From an uncultured Candidatus Rokubacteria bacterium (GTDB taxonomy: Bacteria > Methylomirabilota > Methylomirabilia > Rokubacteriales > CSP1-6), in the NCBI GenBank assembly GCA_963789955.1, contig CAWBMV010000034.1, forward strand, positions 864,001-928,000: a DNA stretch of 64,000 nt, in the 5' to 3' direction. Position 1 is the stretch's first letter; the number at the start of each line of letters is the position of its first letter. Of this stretch, positions 24,627 to 35,255 are shown in pieces. The translations under genes and the position numbers were made by a program. The notes beneath the pieces were generated by a model that saw nothing but the letters and a program-made list of their open reading frames with translations, was not told where the DNA came from and searched no databases.

Positions 24627-24776
24627 AGATACGTCCCGCAAAACCGCCACGCGCGAGATCGGGCGAGGGAAGTGCGGTTCCGAAAGGATCGGGCGTGCGG
24701 AGCTTCGCCACGTCTGTCTCAGGCCACCCTCGGTCCAAGCCGGCCTCACGGTCCCCGCTACAATGAGCTTCGCCGC

Positions 24777-25795
24777 GTGATTCGCCTACCGCCATTTACC
24801 TACCTCGCGCCCACGACGGTGGACGCAGCGGCGCGATTGATGGCCGAGCATGGACGTGATGCGATGCTCGTCGCCGGCGGGACCGACCTCTACCCGAACA
24901 TGAAGCGGCGGCAGTTCGAGCCAAAGGTGCTCGTCGCGCTGCGAGGTCTGCGCGAGCTGCGCGGGAGTCCGCGGCTCCGCCGCCGGCGGCTTCAAAATCG
25001 GCGCCGGGACGACCCTCTCGGCGGTCGCCGCCCACCGCGATATCATGCGCGAGTGGCCGGCACTCGCGACGGCGGCCGGACTTGTCTCCTCGCCTCAGCT
25101 TCGGAACATGGGTACCATCGGGGGCAACGTCTGTGTCGACACCCGGTGCAACTATTACAATCAGTCGCACGAGTGGCGTAAGGCCATCGGCTTCTGCATG
25201 AAAAAAGACGGCGATATCTGTCTGGTGGCGCCCGGGAGCTCCCGGTGCTGGGCCGTGTCCTCCTCGGACACCGCGCCCGTTCTGTGGGCACTCGGGGCGA
25301 AGCTCCGACTCGTCGGCGCCGACGGCGAGCGCACGGTACCGATGGGTGCGCTCTACCAGGACGATGGGATCGAATACCTCGCCAAGCGCCCTGACGAGAT
25401 CGTCGCGGACATCCAGCTGCCTCCCGCCGAGGGCTGGCGCTCGGCGTACCTCAAGCTGCGGCGCCGGGGCTCGTTCGATTTCCCGGTGCTCGGGCGTGGC
25501 GGTGGCCGCCAGGATGGAAGGCGACGTCGTCCGCGAGGCCCGGATCGTGCTCGGAGCCGTCGCCTCCCAGCCGCGGCCGGCGGACCGGGCTGCCGCGGCG
25601 CTCGTCGGCCAGCGGGTGACGCGCGAGCTGATCGCACAGGTCGCGGACCTGGCAGCCGGACCCTCGAAGCCGCTGGACAACACCGATTTCAGTCACCCCT
25701 ACCGCAAGAAAGTCACTCGAGTCTTCGTCGCGCGGGCCCTCGCCGCGGTGGCCGGGCTCGACGACATCGGCGCCACATCGGAGGAGGTCGCGTGA
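24777..25795 (+). CDS. hcrB: FAD subunit with a [4Fe-4S] insertion (4-hydroxybenzoyl-CoA reductase beta-like; frameshifts near 24970 and 25492)
   Basis: AGGTDL, LRNMGTIGGN, insertion RC-x15-C-x7-C-x8-C, YLKLRRRGSFDFP. Confidence 0.82.
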
Positions 25796-26340
25796 CCGCA
25801 CTGGGTGAGCGCATCAAGCGCCTGCGCGGGGAGCGCGAGCTCCAGCAGCGCCAGCTCGCGGAGAAGGCCGGTCTCACCCCGAGCATGGTCTCGCAGATCG
25901 AGTCGGGCCGGCTGTCGCCCTCGCTCCACACGCTGGGCAAGATCGCTTCGGCGTTCGGGGTGCCGATCGCGGCGCTGTTCGACGGCAAGCCGGCCGGCAG
26001 CATCGTCATCTCGCACAAGCGCGACTACCCGGTCGTGTCGTTCGATGGCTCCTCGGAGCGATGGGCCGTCCTCGGCGCCGGGCTGTTCCAGGGGAAGATC
26101 CGCGCGGTGGTCTCGACCCTCGGGCCGAAGTCACGCGGCTTCACGACCGAGAAGGTCATCATCAAGCCGGGCCAGCAGAAGCTCTTCTACGTGCTCGAGG
26201 GCAAGGTCGCGCTCCACTACGACGGCGATCGCCACCTGCTCGAGGCGGGCGACAGCGCGCTCCTCGACGGCGGCGTGGCCCACGGGTGGGAAAATCTCGG
26301 CGGCAAGCAGGCCCAGGCGCTCTGGGTCATTCTGGGATAG
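25792..26340 (+). CDS. XRE-family HTH-cupin transcriptional regulator
   Basis: LGERIKRLR...LAEKAGLTPSMVSQIESG HTH; cupin YVLEG...LEAGDS...HGWEN; GAGGAGG RBS. Confidence 0.88.
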   Translation: MTALGERIKRLRGERELQQRQLAEKAGLTPSMVSQIESGRLSPSLHTLGKIASAFGVPIAALFDGKPAGSIVISHKRDYPVVSFDGSSERWAVLGAGLFQGKIRAVVSTLGPKSRGFTTEKVIIKPGQQKLFYVLEGKVALHYDGDRHLLEAGDSALLDGGVAHGWENLGGKQAQALWVILG

Positions 26341-26346
26341 GCGCCG

Positions 26347-28020
26347 ATGGCCGACACGGGTGAGCGCGTGCTGGTCGACTTCAGGACCGAGCCGGCGAAG
26401 TACCGGCACTGGAAGCTCACGTTCAACGGTCCCGTGGCCACGCTCGCGATGGACGTCAAGGAAGACGGCGGCCTGCGGCCGGGCTACGAGCTGAAGCTCA
26501 ATTCCTACGATCTCGGCGTGGACGTCGAGCTCTACGACGCGATCCAGCGCCTGCGTTTCGAGCATCCCGAGGTGGGCGCGGTGGTCGTCACCTCCGGCAA
26601 GGAGCGCGTGTTCTGCGCCGGCGCCAACATCCGCATGCTCTCGCAATCGGCCCACGGCTGGAAGGTGAACTTCTGCAAGTTCACCAACGAGACCCGCAAT
26701 GCCATCGAGGAGGCGACGGGAGAGTCCCGCCAGTTCTATCTCTGCGCCGTCAACGGTCCGTGCGCGGGGGGCGGCTACGAGCTCGCGCTGGCGACCGACT
26801 GGATCGTGATGGCCGACGACGGCAACACGGCCGTGTCGCTTCCGGAGGTTCCGCTGCTCGCGGTGCTCCCCGGCACCGGTGGGCTCACGCGGCTCGTCGA
26901 CAAACGCCGGGTCCGTCGCGATCGCGCCGACTTCTTCTGCACGGTCGAGGAGGGGATCAAGGGCGCGCGCGCCGTCGAATGGGGCCTCGTGGACGAGGTC
27001 GCGCCGCGCTCGAAGCTCGACGAGGTCGTGAAGCGTCGCGCCGCCGAGTTCGCGGCGCGCACCGATCGGCCGGCCGGAGCCCGAGGGATCGCGCTGGCTC
27101 CGCTCGAGCGCTCGATCGACGGCGACCGGATCCGCTATGGCCACGTCGTCTGCGAGATCGACCGCGCGCGCGGTCTTGCCGAGATCACGGTGAGCGGGCC
27201 GAGCGCGGCGCCGCCGACCAGCGCCGCCGGCGTCCACGAGGCCGGCGGCGCGTTCTGGCCGCTGGCCCTCGCGCGCGAGCTCGACGATCTGATCCTGCAC
27301 CTGCGCACGAACGAGGACGAGATCGGACTCTGGGTGCTCAGGACGTCGGGCCGCGCCGAGCTCGTCGAGGCGTACGATCGCCTGCTCGCGGCGCACCGCG
27401 AGGACTGGCTCGTGCGCGAGATCCGTCTCTATCTCAAGCGTACGTTCAAGCGGATCGAGGTCTCGTCGCGGTCGGTGTTCGCGCTCGTCGAGCCGGGCTC
27501 GTGCTTCGCGGGCACCTTGCTGGAGCTCGGGCTCGCGGCCGACCGGTCGTACATGCTCGACGGTGCGCGGCCGGGTGACACGACGCCGGCGGCGACGATC
27601 CGGCTCACGGAGATGAACTTCGGCGCGTATCCGATGGTCAACGGTCTCACGCGACTGGCGAGCCGCTTCCTCGCCGAGCCCGGACGAACCGACAAGCTCC
27701 GCGCGCGGATCGGCGAGGATCTGGACGCGGCCGCGGCCGCCGAGGCCGGGCTCGTCACCTTCACCCCCGACGACATCGACTGGGACGACGAGGTTCGCCT
27801 CGCGATCGAGGGGCGCGCGGCCTTCTCGCCCGACGCGCTCACGGGCATGGAGGCCTCGATCCGGTTCGGCGGACCCGAGACGCTCGAGAGCAAGATCTTC
27901 GGCCGGCTCTCGGCCTGGCAGAACTGGATCTTCCAGCGCGGCAACGCCGTCGGGCCCAAGGGCGCGCTCGAGGTCTACGGCACGGGACGTCGCAGCGAGT
28001 TCGATCGCAGGAGAGTGTGA
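26347..28020 (+). CDS. boxC: 2,3-epoxybenzoyl-CoA dihydrolase
   Basis: YRHWKL, LKLNSYDLGVDVEL, FCAGANI, KVNFCKFTNETRN, IFGRLSAWQNWIFQR. Confidence 0.96.
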   Translation: MADTGERVLVDFRTEPAKYRHWKLTFNGPVATLAMDVKEDGGLRPGYELKLNSYDLGVDVELYDAIQRLRFEHPEVGAVVVTSGKERVFCAGANIRMLSQSAHGWKVNFCKFTNETRNAIEEATGESRQFYLCAVNGPCAGGGYELALATDWIVMADDGNTAVSLPEVPLLAVLPGTGGLTRLVDKRRVRRDRADFFCTVEEGIKGARAVEWGLVDEVAPRSKLDEVVKRRAAEFAARTDRPAGARGIALAPLERSIDGDRIRYGHVVCEIDRARGLAEITVSGPSAAPPTSAAGVHEAGGAFWPLALARELDDLILHLRTNEDEIGLWVLRTSGRAELVEAYDRLLAAHREDWLVREIRLYLKRTFKRIEVSSRSVFALVEPGSCFAGTLLELGLAADRSYMLDGARPGDTTPAATIRLTEMNFGAYPMVNGLTRLASRFLAEPGRTDKLRARIGEDLDAAAAAEAGLVTFTPDDIDWDDEVRLAIEGRAAFSPDALTGMEASIRFGGPETLESKIFGRLSAWQNWIFQRGNAVGPKGALEVYGTGRRSEFDRRRV

Positions 28021-29437
28021 TGGCCGGCATCGACTACAGCGAGCGCATCCCGAACAACGTCAACCTCGCCGACAACCGTCGGCTCCAGCGCGCGCTCGAA
28101 GAGTGGCATCCGAAGTTCCTCGACTGGTGGATGCAGATGGGCCCGGACGGTTTCCAGGCGAAGGACGTCTATCTCAGGACCGCCGTCAGCGTCGACGCTC
28201 AGGGCTGGGCCCAGTTCGACTACGTCAAGATGCCGGACTATCGCTGGGGCTTGTTTCTCGCCGAGCCCGAGCCCGGCCGCACGATCGGCTTCGGCGACCA
28301 CATGGGCGCGCCCGCCTGGCAGGACGTGCCGGGCGAATATCGCGGCGTGCTCCGCCGGCTGATCGTCACCCAGGGCGATACGGAGCCGGCCTCGGTCGAG
28401 CAGCAGCGTCATCTCGGTCGAACCTGCCCGTCGCTCTACGACCTGCGCAACCTGTTCCAGATCAACGTCGAGGAGGGTCGCCATCTGTGGGCGATGGTCT
28501 ACCTGCTCGACGCCTACTTCGGACGCGACGGGCGCGAGGAGTCCGAGGCGCTGCTGCAGCGCCGCTCGGGCGATCGGGACAAGCCGCGCATCCTCGGCGC
28601 CTTCAACGAGAAGACGCCGGACTGGCTCTCGTACCTGATGTTCACGTACTTCACGGACCGCGACGGCAAGTACCAGCTCGCGAGCCTCGCCGAGAGCGGG
28701 TTCGATCCACTGTCGCGGACCTGCCGCTTCATGCTCACCGAAGAAGCGCATCATCTGTTCGTCGGCGAGACGGGCATCGGGCGCGTCGTCCAGCGCACGT
28801 GCGAGCTGATGCGCGAGGGCAAGACCGACGACGTCCGCCGGCTGGCGCCATCGACCTCGCGACCCTGCAGCGCTACATCAACTTCCACTACTCGGTGTCG
28901 CTCGACCTGTTCGGGTCGGAGATCTCGACCAACGCCGCGAACTTCTACACGATGGGGCTCAAGGGGCGCTTCGAGGAGGGAAAGAAGCGTGACGATCACC
29001 GGTTGAAGGACACGACCTACTCGATCAGCGAGCTGATCGGCGATCGGGTGACGAGCCGCGAGGCGCCGGCGCTGCCGTCACTCAACGAGCGGCTGCGCGA
29101 CGACTACATCGCCGATTGCCAGCGCGGGCTCGACCGCTGGAACCAGATCATCAAGAAGCACGAGATCGATCAGGAGCTCTCGCTGCCCCACCGGGGGTTC
29201 CACCGGGCCATCGGGCTCTTCGCGGAGGTCAAGGTGGCGCCCGACGGCCGCGTGCTCAGCGAGGCCGAGTGGGATGCGCGCAAGCACGAATGGCTCCCGA
29301 CCGAGTCGGATCAGGCCTACGTCGAGAGCCTCATGCAGCCGGTGACCGAGGTCGCCCGTTTCGCCAACTGGATCGCGCCCCCAGCGCGCGGCGTCAACGG
29401 CCGGCCCGTCGACTTCGAGTACGTCCGCCTCGCCTAG
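28020..29437 (+). CDS. boxB: Benzoyl-CoA 2,3-epoxidase diiron subunit (frameshift near 28845)
   Basis: IPNNVNL, QGDTEPASVEQQ, VEEGRH and TEEAHH diiron motifs, C-terminal DFEYVR. Confidence 0.96.
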
Positions 29438-29440
29438 CGC

Positions 29441-30991
29441 ATGAACGCGTCGGAGCTGCTGCCCCCGCAGTTCAACGCCGCGACGTGGTTCGTCGACCGC
29501 AACGTCGCCGAAGGCCGCGGGGCCGTGCCGGCGTTTCGCCACGAAGACACGACGCTCACCTACGCGGATGTTCTCGATCTGGTCAATCGAACGGGCAACA
29601 CGCTGCTCGAGATCGGCGTCGAGCCCGAGAATCGCGTGCTGATGCTGTGTCTGGACGCGCCCGAGTTCATCGGCACGTTCTGGGGCGCCATCAAGATCGG
29701 CGCGGTTCCGATTCCCACGAATACATTGATGCGCGCCGCGGACTATCTGTACTTCCTGAACGACAGCCGCGCCAAGGTGGCGGTCGTCTCGGCGCCGCTC
29801 CTGGCCGAGGCCGGGCCGGCGCTCGCGGAGGCCAAGTATCTCAAGCACGTGCTCGTGGCGGGCGGCGCGCCCGGGCGGTTCATGGCGTACGAGGACCGCG
29901 TCGCGAAGGCGTCGGCGAAGCTCGACGCGGCGATGACCTCGCGTGATGATCCCGCGTACTGGCAGTATTCGTCGGGCTCGACCGGCTTTCCGAAGGGCGC
30001 CGTACACCTGCAGCACGACATGGTGATCTGCTGCGAGACGTACGGTAAGCAAGTGCTCGGGATCCGCCCGACCGATCGCATCTTCTCCGCGGCCAAGCTC
30101 TTCTTCGCCTACGGGCTCGGCGCGACCGGCTTTCTCCCGATGAGCGTCGGGGCGCAGGCGATGCTCTATCCGCAGCGGCCGACGCCTGAGAGCGTGTTCG
30201 AGGCCATCACGCGCTACCGGCCGACCTTGTTCTTCGGGATTCCGACTCTCTTCGCCTCGATGCTCGCCGTGAAGGACGCGGAGAAGCGGTTCGACGCGTC
30301 CTCGCTCCGCCTGTGCGTGTCGGCCGGTGAGGCCCTTCCGGAAGAGCTCTACAACCGCTGGCGCGATCGCTTCGGCGTCGAGATCGTCGACGGCATCGGC
30401 ACCACGGAGATCGGCTACATCTTCATCTCGAATCGTCCCGGCCACACGCGCCCTGGGTCGACCGGCGTGGCGGTGCCGGGGTACGAGCTCGCCATCGTGG
30501 ACGACGACGGCCGCCCGGTGGAGCCCGGAGAGATCGGCAACATCCGCGTCAAGGGCGATTCGACGATGGCTTACTACTGGAACAAGCACGAGAAGACCAA
30601 AGACACCCTCTTCGGTCAGTGGATCCAGACCGGCGACAAGTACTACCAGGACAAGGACGGGTTCTACTGGTATTGCGGGCGCTCCGACGACATGCTCAAA
30701 GTCGGCGGCATCTGGGTCTCGCCGGTCGAGGTCGAGGGGACTCTGATCCGGCACGATGCGGTGCTCGAGGCGGCGGTGGTCGGGCGCGAAGACACGGATC
30801 GGCTCGTCAAGCCCCACGCCTACGTCGTGCTGAAGGATCCGGCGATCGCGTGCGACACGCTCGCCGACGAGCTCAAGCTCTTCGTGAAGGACAAGATCGC
30901 GCCCTACAAGTACCCGCGCTGGATCGAGTTCGTCACGGAGCTTCCGAAGACGGCAACCGGCAAGATCCAGCGCTTCAAGCTGCGGGCCTGA
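29441..30991 (+). CDS. bclA: Benzoate-CoA ligase family protein
   Basis: QFNAA, YSSGSTGFPKG, SAAKLFFAYGLG, DGIGTTE, APYKYPRWIEF. Confidence 0.92.
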   Translation: MNASELLPPQFNAATWFVDRNVAEGRGAVPAFRHEDTTLTYADVLDLVNRTGNTLLEIGVEPENRVLMLCLDAPEFIGTFWGAIKIGAVPIPTNTLMRAADYLYFLNDSRAKVAVVSAPLLAEAGPALAEAKYLKHVLVAGGAPGRFMAYEDRVAKASAKLDAAMTSRDDPAYWQYSSGSTGFPKGAVHLQHDMVICCETYGKQVLGIRPTDRIFSAAKLFFAYGLGATGFLPMSVGAQAMLYPQRPTPESVFEAITRYRPTLFFGIPTLFASMLAVKDAEKRFDASSLRLCVSAGEALPEELYNRWRDRFGVEIVDGIGTTEIGYIFISNRPGHTRPGSTGVAVPGYELAIVDDDGRPVEPGEIGNIRVKGDSTMAYYWNKHEKTKDTLFGQWIQTGDKYYQDKDGFYWYCGRSDDMLKVGGIWVSPVEVEGTLIRHDAVLEAAVVGREDTDRLVKPHAYVVLKDPAIACDTLADELKLFVKDKIAPYKYPRWIEFVTELPKTATGKIQRFKLRA

Positions 30992-31010
30992 GGCCCCGGC
31001 TCCCTCGACG

Positions 31011-32277
31011 GTGTTCGACCGCACGCTCGAGACGCTCGGGCCGGACTCGCTACGCGACCATCAGTGGCGCCGTGTTCGCGCGATGGCGGCGGAGCTGCTC
31101 GCGACCAACCGGTTCATCCACGCGCAAATGGCGCGCGGCGGGTCTCGCCTCGGTCGACGATCTCCGCGGCTGGGACGACTTCCGACGCATTCCGCTGACG
31201 AGCAAATCGGAGCTCGTCGCCGACCAGGCCGCGCATCCGCCGTTCGGGACGAATCTGACGTACGCGCTCGAACGCTACGTGCGCGTGCACCAGACGTCGG
31301 GAACGAGCGGCGCGCCGCTCCGCTGGCTCGACACGCAGGAGTCATGGGAGTGGTGGGCGCGCTGCTGGGGATTCGTACTGCGGGGCGCCGGTGTCGGTCC
31401 GGCCGATCGCGTCTTCTTCCCGTTCTCGTTCGGCCTGTTCATCGGATTCTGGGCGGGCTTCGAGGGCGCTCGGGCGCTGGGTGCTCTGGCGATCCCCGGG
31501 GGCGGCCAGGACTCTGCGACCCGACTGGCGTGGATGGAGGCCCTGGGCGCGACGGTGCTGGTTTGCACGCCGTCTTATGCCCTCCACCTGGTCGAGGTCG
31601 CCCGCGAGCGCGGCATCGACCTGGCGAGGCTGCCCGTGCGGACGACTGTGCACGCGGGTGAGCCGGGAGCCGGCATCCCGGCCGTCCGAGCCCGTATCGA
31701 AGCGGGCTGGAGAGCTCGCACGTTCGACCACGGGGGCATGACCGAGATGGGCGCCTACGGCTACGAGTGCGCCGAGCAGGCCGGCCTGCACGTCAACGAG
31801 TCGGAGTTCATTCTCGAGGTGATCGACCCGGTCACGGCGAGGCCGACGACGGACGGAGAGCTTGTCCTGACAAACCTTGGCCGGATCGGCTCACCGGTCA
31901 TCCGCTACCGGACCGGGGATCACGTCCGCCTGGCAGAGGGAATTTGCCGGTGCGGACGCACCTTCCGGCGCCTCGACGGCGGCATCCTCGGCCGGCTCGA
32001 CGACATGCTCATTGTCCGTGGGGTCAACGTGTTCCCGACCGCCATCGAGGGGGTCGTCAGGCGCTTCTCCGCCATCGAGGAGTTCCAGATCGAGGTCTTC
32101 AAGGACGGTGAGCTCGACGAGGTGCGGGTCCTGGTGGAGCTGGACGACGCCTCCGGTGTGTCACCGGTGCGCGAAGCTCTCCGGGCGACCCTCGGGATCA
32201 GGCTGGAAGTCGCCGCGGTCCCGGCCCGGAGCCTGCCGCGGTTCGACCTCAAGGCGCGGCGCGTCGTCAGAAGATAG
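31011..32277 (+). CDS. Phenylacetate-CoA ligase (PaaK)-family protein (frameshift near 31130)
   Basis: HQTSGTSG, CTPSYALHL, GEPG, GMTEMG, RYRTGD, GRLDDMLIVRGVNVFP. Confidence 0.88.
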
Positions 32278-32359
32278 CGCTGCCAAAAGCCGTTTTGAAA
32301 GGCGCGTAGTTTTGTCCACGCATCGGCTACTATTTTTAGTGCCCCTGTAGCGCCGCGGA

Positions 32360-34391
32360 ATGAACGAAAACGCGCACGGCGAAGGTAACGGTCCCCGGGC
32401 TACGCCCGAAGTGTCGCTCAGCGACACCATCACCATTTTCTTCAGCGATATCCGGGGCTTCACCGACACCACCGAGGAGCTGGGCGACGAGGTCGCCCAC
32501 GAGCTCGTGCGCGAGCAGGACGCCATCGTCAGGAGCCACATCGAGGCGTACGGCGGCGACGTCGTCAAGACTCAGGGCGACGGGTTCATGGTCGCCTTCA
32601 AGGCCACGCGAGGCGCGATCCTGTGTGCGATCGCGATCCAGAAGGCGATCGCCGCGAAGAACCGCGAGATCGCCGAGAAGAACCGCGACCGCCGAATCGC
32701 GATCGGCATCGGCATCAACACCGGCGAGCCGATCCGGCAGGAGGACGGCGACTACATCGGCGGCACGGTGAACCTGGCCGCGCGCATCTGCGCGACCGCC
32801 GGGCCGGGTCAGATCCTCGTCGCGGAGTCGACCCGTTACGTCGCCGGCCGTATCGAGCTGAGAAAAGTCGACGGCGGCGGCGTCGTGGAGTACGTCGATC
32901 GCGGACTCCAGCCGCTCAAGGGGTTTCCGGAGCCCAAGCGGCTCTTCGAGGTCACGTGGCTCCCGACGACGACGACGATCGGCGAGGAGCTGGCGACCGA
33001 GGCGGCCGCGCTGTCGACCGACGGGCCGGAGATCGCCGCGGTCAGAGCGGCGGTGCTGCGGGCGCTCAACGTGCTGACGCGCGTCCTCGGGATCAGCCAC
33101 CTGGACGATCCGGCGTTTCCGTCTCTTCTCGATTGTCAGGCGAAGGCCAGCGAGCTTCGCGTGGCGGTGTCCCGTGCCGGTAGCCAAGGGCGTAGCGCGA
33201 CCCAGGACAGGGTGCTCGATAGCATCAAGCCGTTCGAGAATCTGCTGACGCTCATGCTCGAGCGCGACACCTTGACCGACGAGCAATGGGCTCAGCTCGA
33301 CACCGCGGTCGCCCGGGTGTTCGGGCGCACGTTGGTGAATGCCGCCGCGCGCGGACGTCTCACGATTGCGATGGCCGAGAAACCGGCGGCGCCGGTCGTC
33401 GCGCCTGCGCCCGAGCCCGTCAGAGAGATCCCGAAAGAGCCGGAGCCGGCGCCGACCCCGAGGCCGGCCGCGGCTCCACGCAGCTCGGTCGCCGCCGCGC
33501 TCGCGCCGCCGCCGCTCGACGAGCGGGCCACCGTCGTTCGCTGGTGGGCCGCCGGATACGCGGCGTGGAGTCAGTGGAAGCCGTCGGGACTCGCCTGGGC
33601 CCACGCGCTGCGGGCGGAGCTGGGGCGATTCCCGTATCTCCTCAGCGTGCACATCCGGACTGCCGCGGATCACGACGACGGCCAGCTGGCCGGGGGATAC
33701 TTCCTCCTCCTCGAGCACGTCGAGAACCATGTCGCCGGGATTCATGCGCACGGTCTTCGACCGCGCGGTCGCTGACGTCGGGGTCGACCCTGAGCGGCTC
33801 GGCCGCAGGCTCTACGAGCTTCTGGTGGACGACGGCCGGCTGCGCGAGACCTACGCGTCGTTCGTGCGCGACGTCATCCAGGTCGCGGTCCCGACACCGG
33901 GGATGTGGGCCGATGCGGGAATCGTCGAGCACGATGATTCCACGACCCTGATCTCGCGGCCGACAGGCTCTATCGGTGATGGGCAGGAAGAATCGGTCCG
34001 GCTGACCGATCCCCACGATCGAGGGGCCGAGCGACGGTTCCTGGTGACCCTGGAGCCGCTGACGACCCGCTTCTTCTACGCCAAGAGCGGAAAGCTGCAG
34101 ACGCCTCGCGACGTCGACGTGCGGCTGACCGCGGGTGACGCGCCGTCGGATCGAGGCTGGTATCTGAGCGTGCGCGACAGCCTCAGCGGGCGATCGGATC
34201 CCAAGCTCATCCCGACCGCGGGCGTGACCATCCCGAACCTCGGCCGCGACAACTTCGGTGTGTGGGTGGCGGTTTTCAACCCTCACCCCGGCGAACGCGC
34301 GACGTACGAGCTGACGATGAGCATCAAGCAGCCTCGTCAGCAGGCCGCCGCTCGATCGATGTTCGCGCGTCCGGGCGGCCCGTCGCGGTGA
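32360..34391 (+). CDS. Class III adenylate cyclase with a long uncharacterised C-terminal region (frameshift near 33730)
   Basis: FSDIRGFT, VKTQGDG, GINTGE, DYIGGTVNLAAR; continues in the 33339..34391 frame. Confidence 0.82.
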
Positions 34392-34690
34392 AGCACGACT
34401 TCGCCGCCTTCAACGTCGGCGGCGTCGAGATGATGCTGCACGCCGACCACACCTACGACAAGCATCCCGGTACGGCCCGCTCACCCGCGGTGAACGTCGC
34501 GGGCTGGGCGCCGAGCTGCGCGTGTTCGGCCTCGACCCGGACGCCGTCGAGCAGCGGGCTCGGGCTCGCGGCGCCAAGGTGGTGCAGCCCGCGACGACCA
34601 AAGGGCACGGCTGGCGCGAGGTCATGGTGGAAGATCCCGACGGCTACCTGTGGGCCGTGGGTGTGCCGACTCCTCGCCACGAGGGTCGTG
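34388..34690 (+). CDS. VOC/glyoxalase-like protein, short or frameshifted
   Basis: ARGAKVVQPATTKGHGWREVMVEDPDGYLWAV; the N-terminus looks truncated. Confidence 0.55.
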
Positions 34691-35131
34691 AGCTACATCG
34701 ACGAGACGCTGCTCCCCGACGAGCACGTCGTGTATCGGACCTCGCTGCACCGGATCATCTTCGCGCGTCCTCTCCTGGTCCTGATCGCGGGGGTCGCCGC
34801 CCTGATCGCGTTTCCCAAAGTGCCGCTCGTCGGGGTCCCCGTCGTGCTGCTCGGCGTGCTGCTGTCGGCCTCGCCACTCGTCGCGTACTGGACCACCGAG
34901 TTCGGCGTCACCAACAAACGCATGATCGTGAAGGTCGGGTTCATCCGGCGGCGCACGCTCGAGCTCTTGCTGCGGCAAGTCGAAGCGCTGTCGGTCGACC
35001 AGAGCCTGAGCGGCCGGATGCTCGACTACGGCACGATCACCCTCTCGGGCACGGGCGGCGTCCGCGAAGTCTTCCACCGAGTTCGCGAGCCGCTCGAGCT
35101 GCGCCGCCGCATCCAGGGCCAGGTCGCTTAG
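34688..35131 (+). CDS. Bacterial PH-domain membrane protein
   Basis: SYIDETLLPDEHVVY, two TM helices, TTEFGVTNKRMIVKVG, VDQSLSGRMLDYGTI. Confidence 0.85.
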   Translation: MSYIDETLLPDEHVVYRTSLHRIIFARPLLVLIAGVAALIAFPKVPLVGVPVVLLGVLLSASPLVAYWTTEFGVTNKRMIVKVGFIRRRTLELLLRQVEALSVDQSLSGRMLDYGTITLSGTGGVREVFHRVREPLELRRRIQGQVA

Positions 35132-35255
35132 CAGGCTGTTCAGAAGGCCCATCTGCTTCGTTGGCGCCCTCGGCCGCGCGCTCAACGTACATCAGTACGC
35201 CTCGCGCGCGTCCTCGGGCGCCGCCTCGCATCTGGACCCTTCTGAACAGCCTGCT
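35130..35255. mobile_element. 126-bp MITE/REP-like element with perfect 18-bp terminal inverted repeats
   Basis: AGCAGGCTGTTCAGAAGG (35130-35147) and its exact reverse complement (35238-35255); the interior is partly self-complementary. Confidence 0.8.

Noticed and set aside
24627..24776. Hammerhead or HDV ribozyme in the hcrA-hcrB gap
   Set aside because: The catalytic core motifs and pseudoknot could not be assembled on either strand; kept only as a generic structured element.
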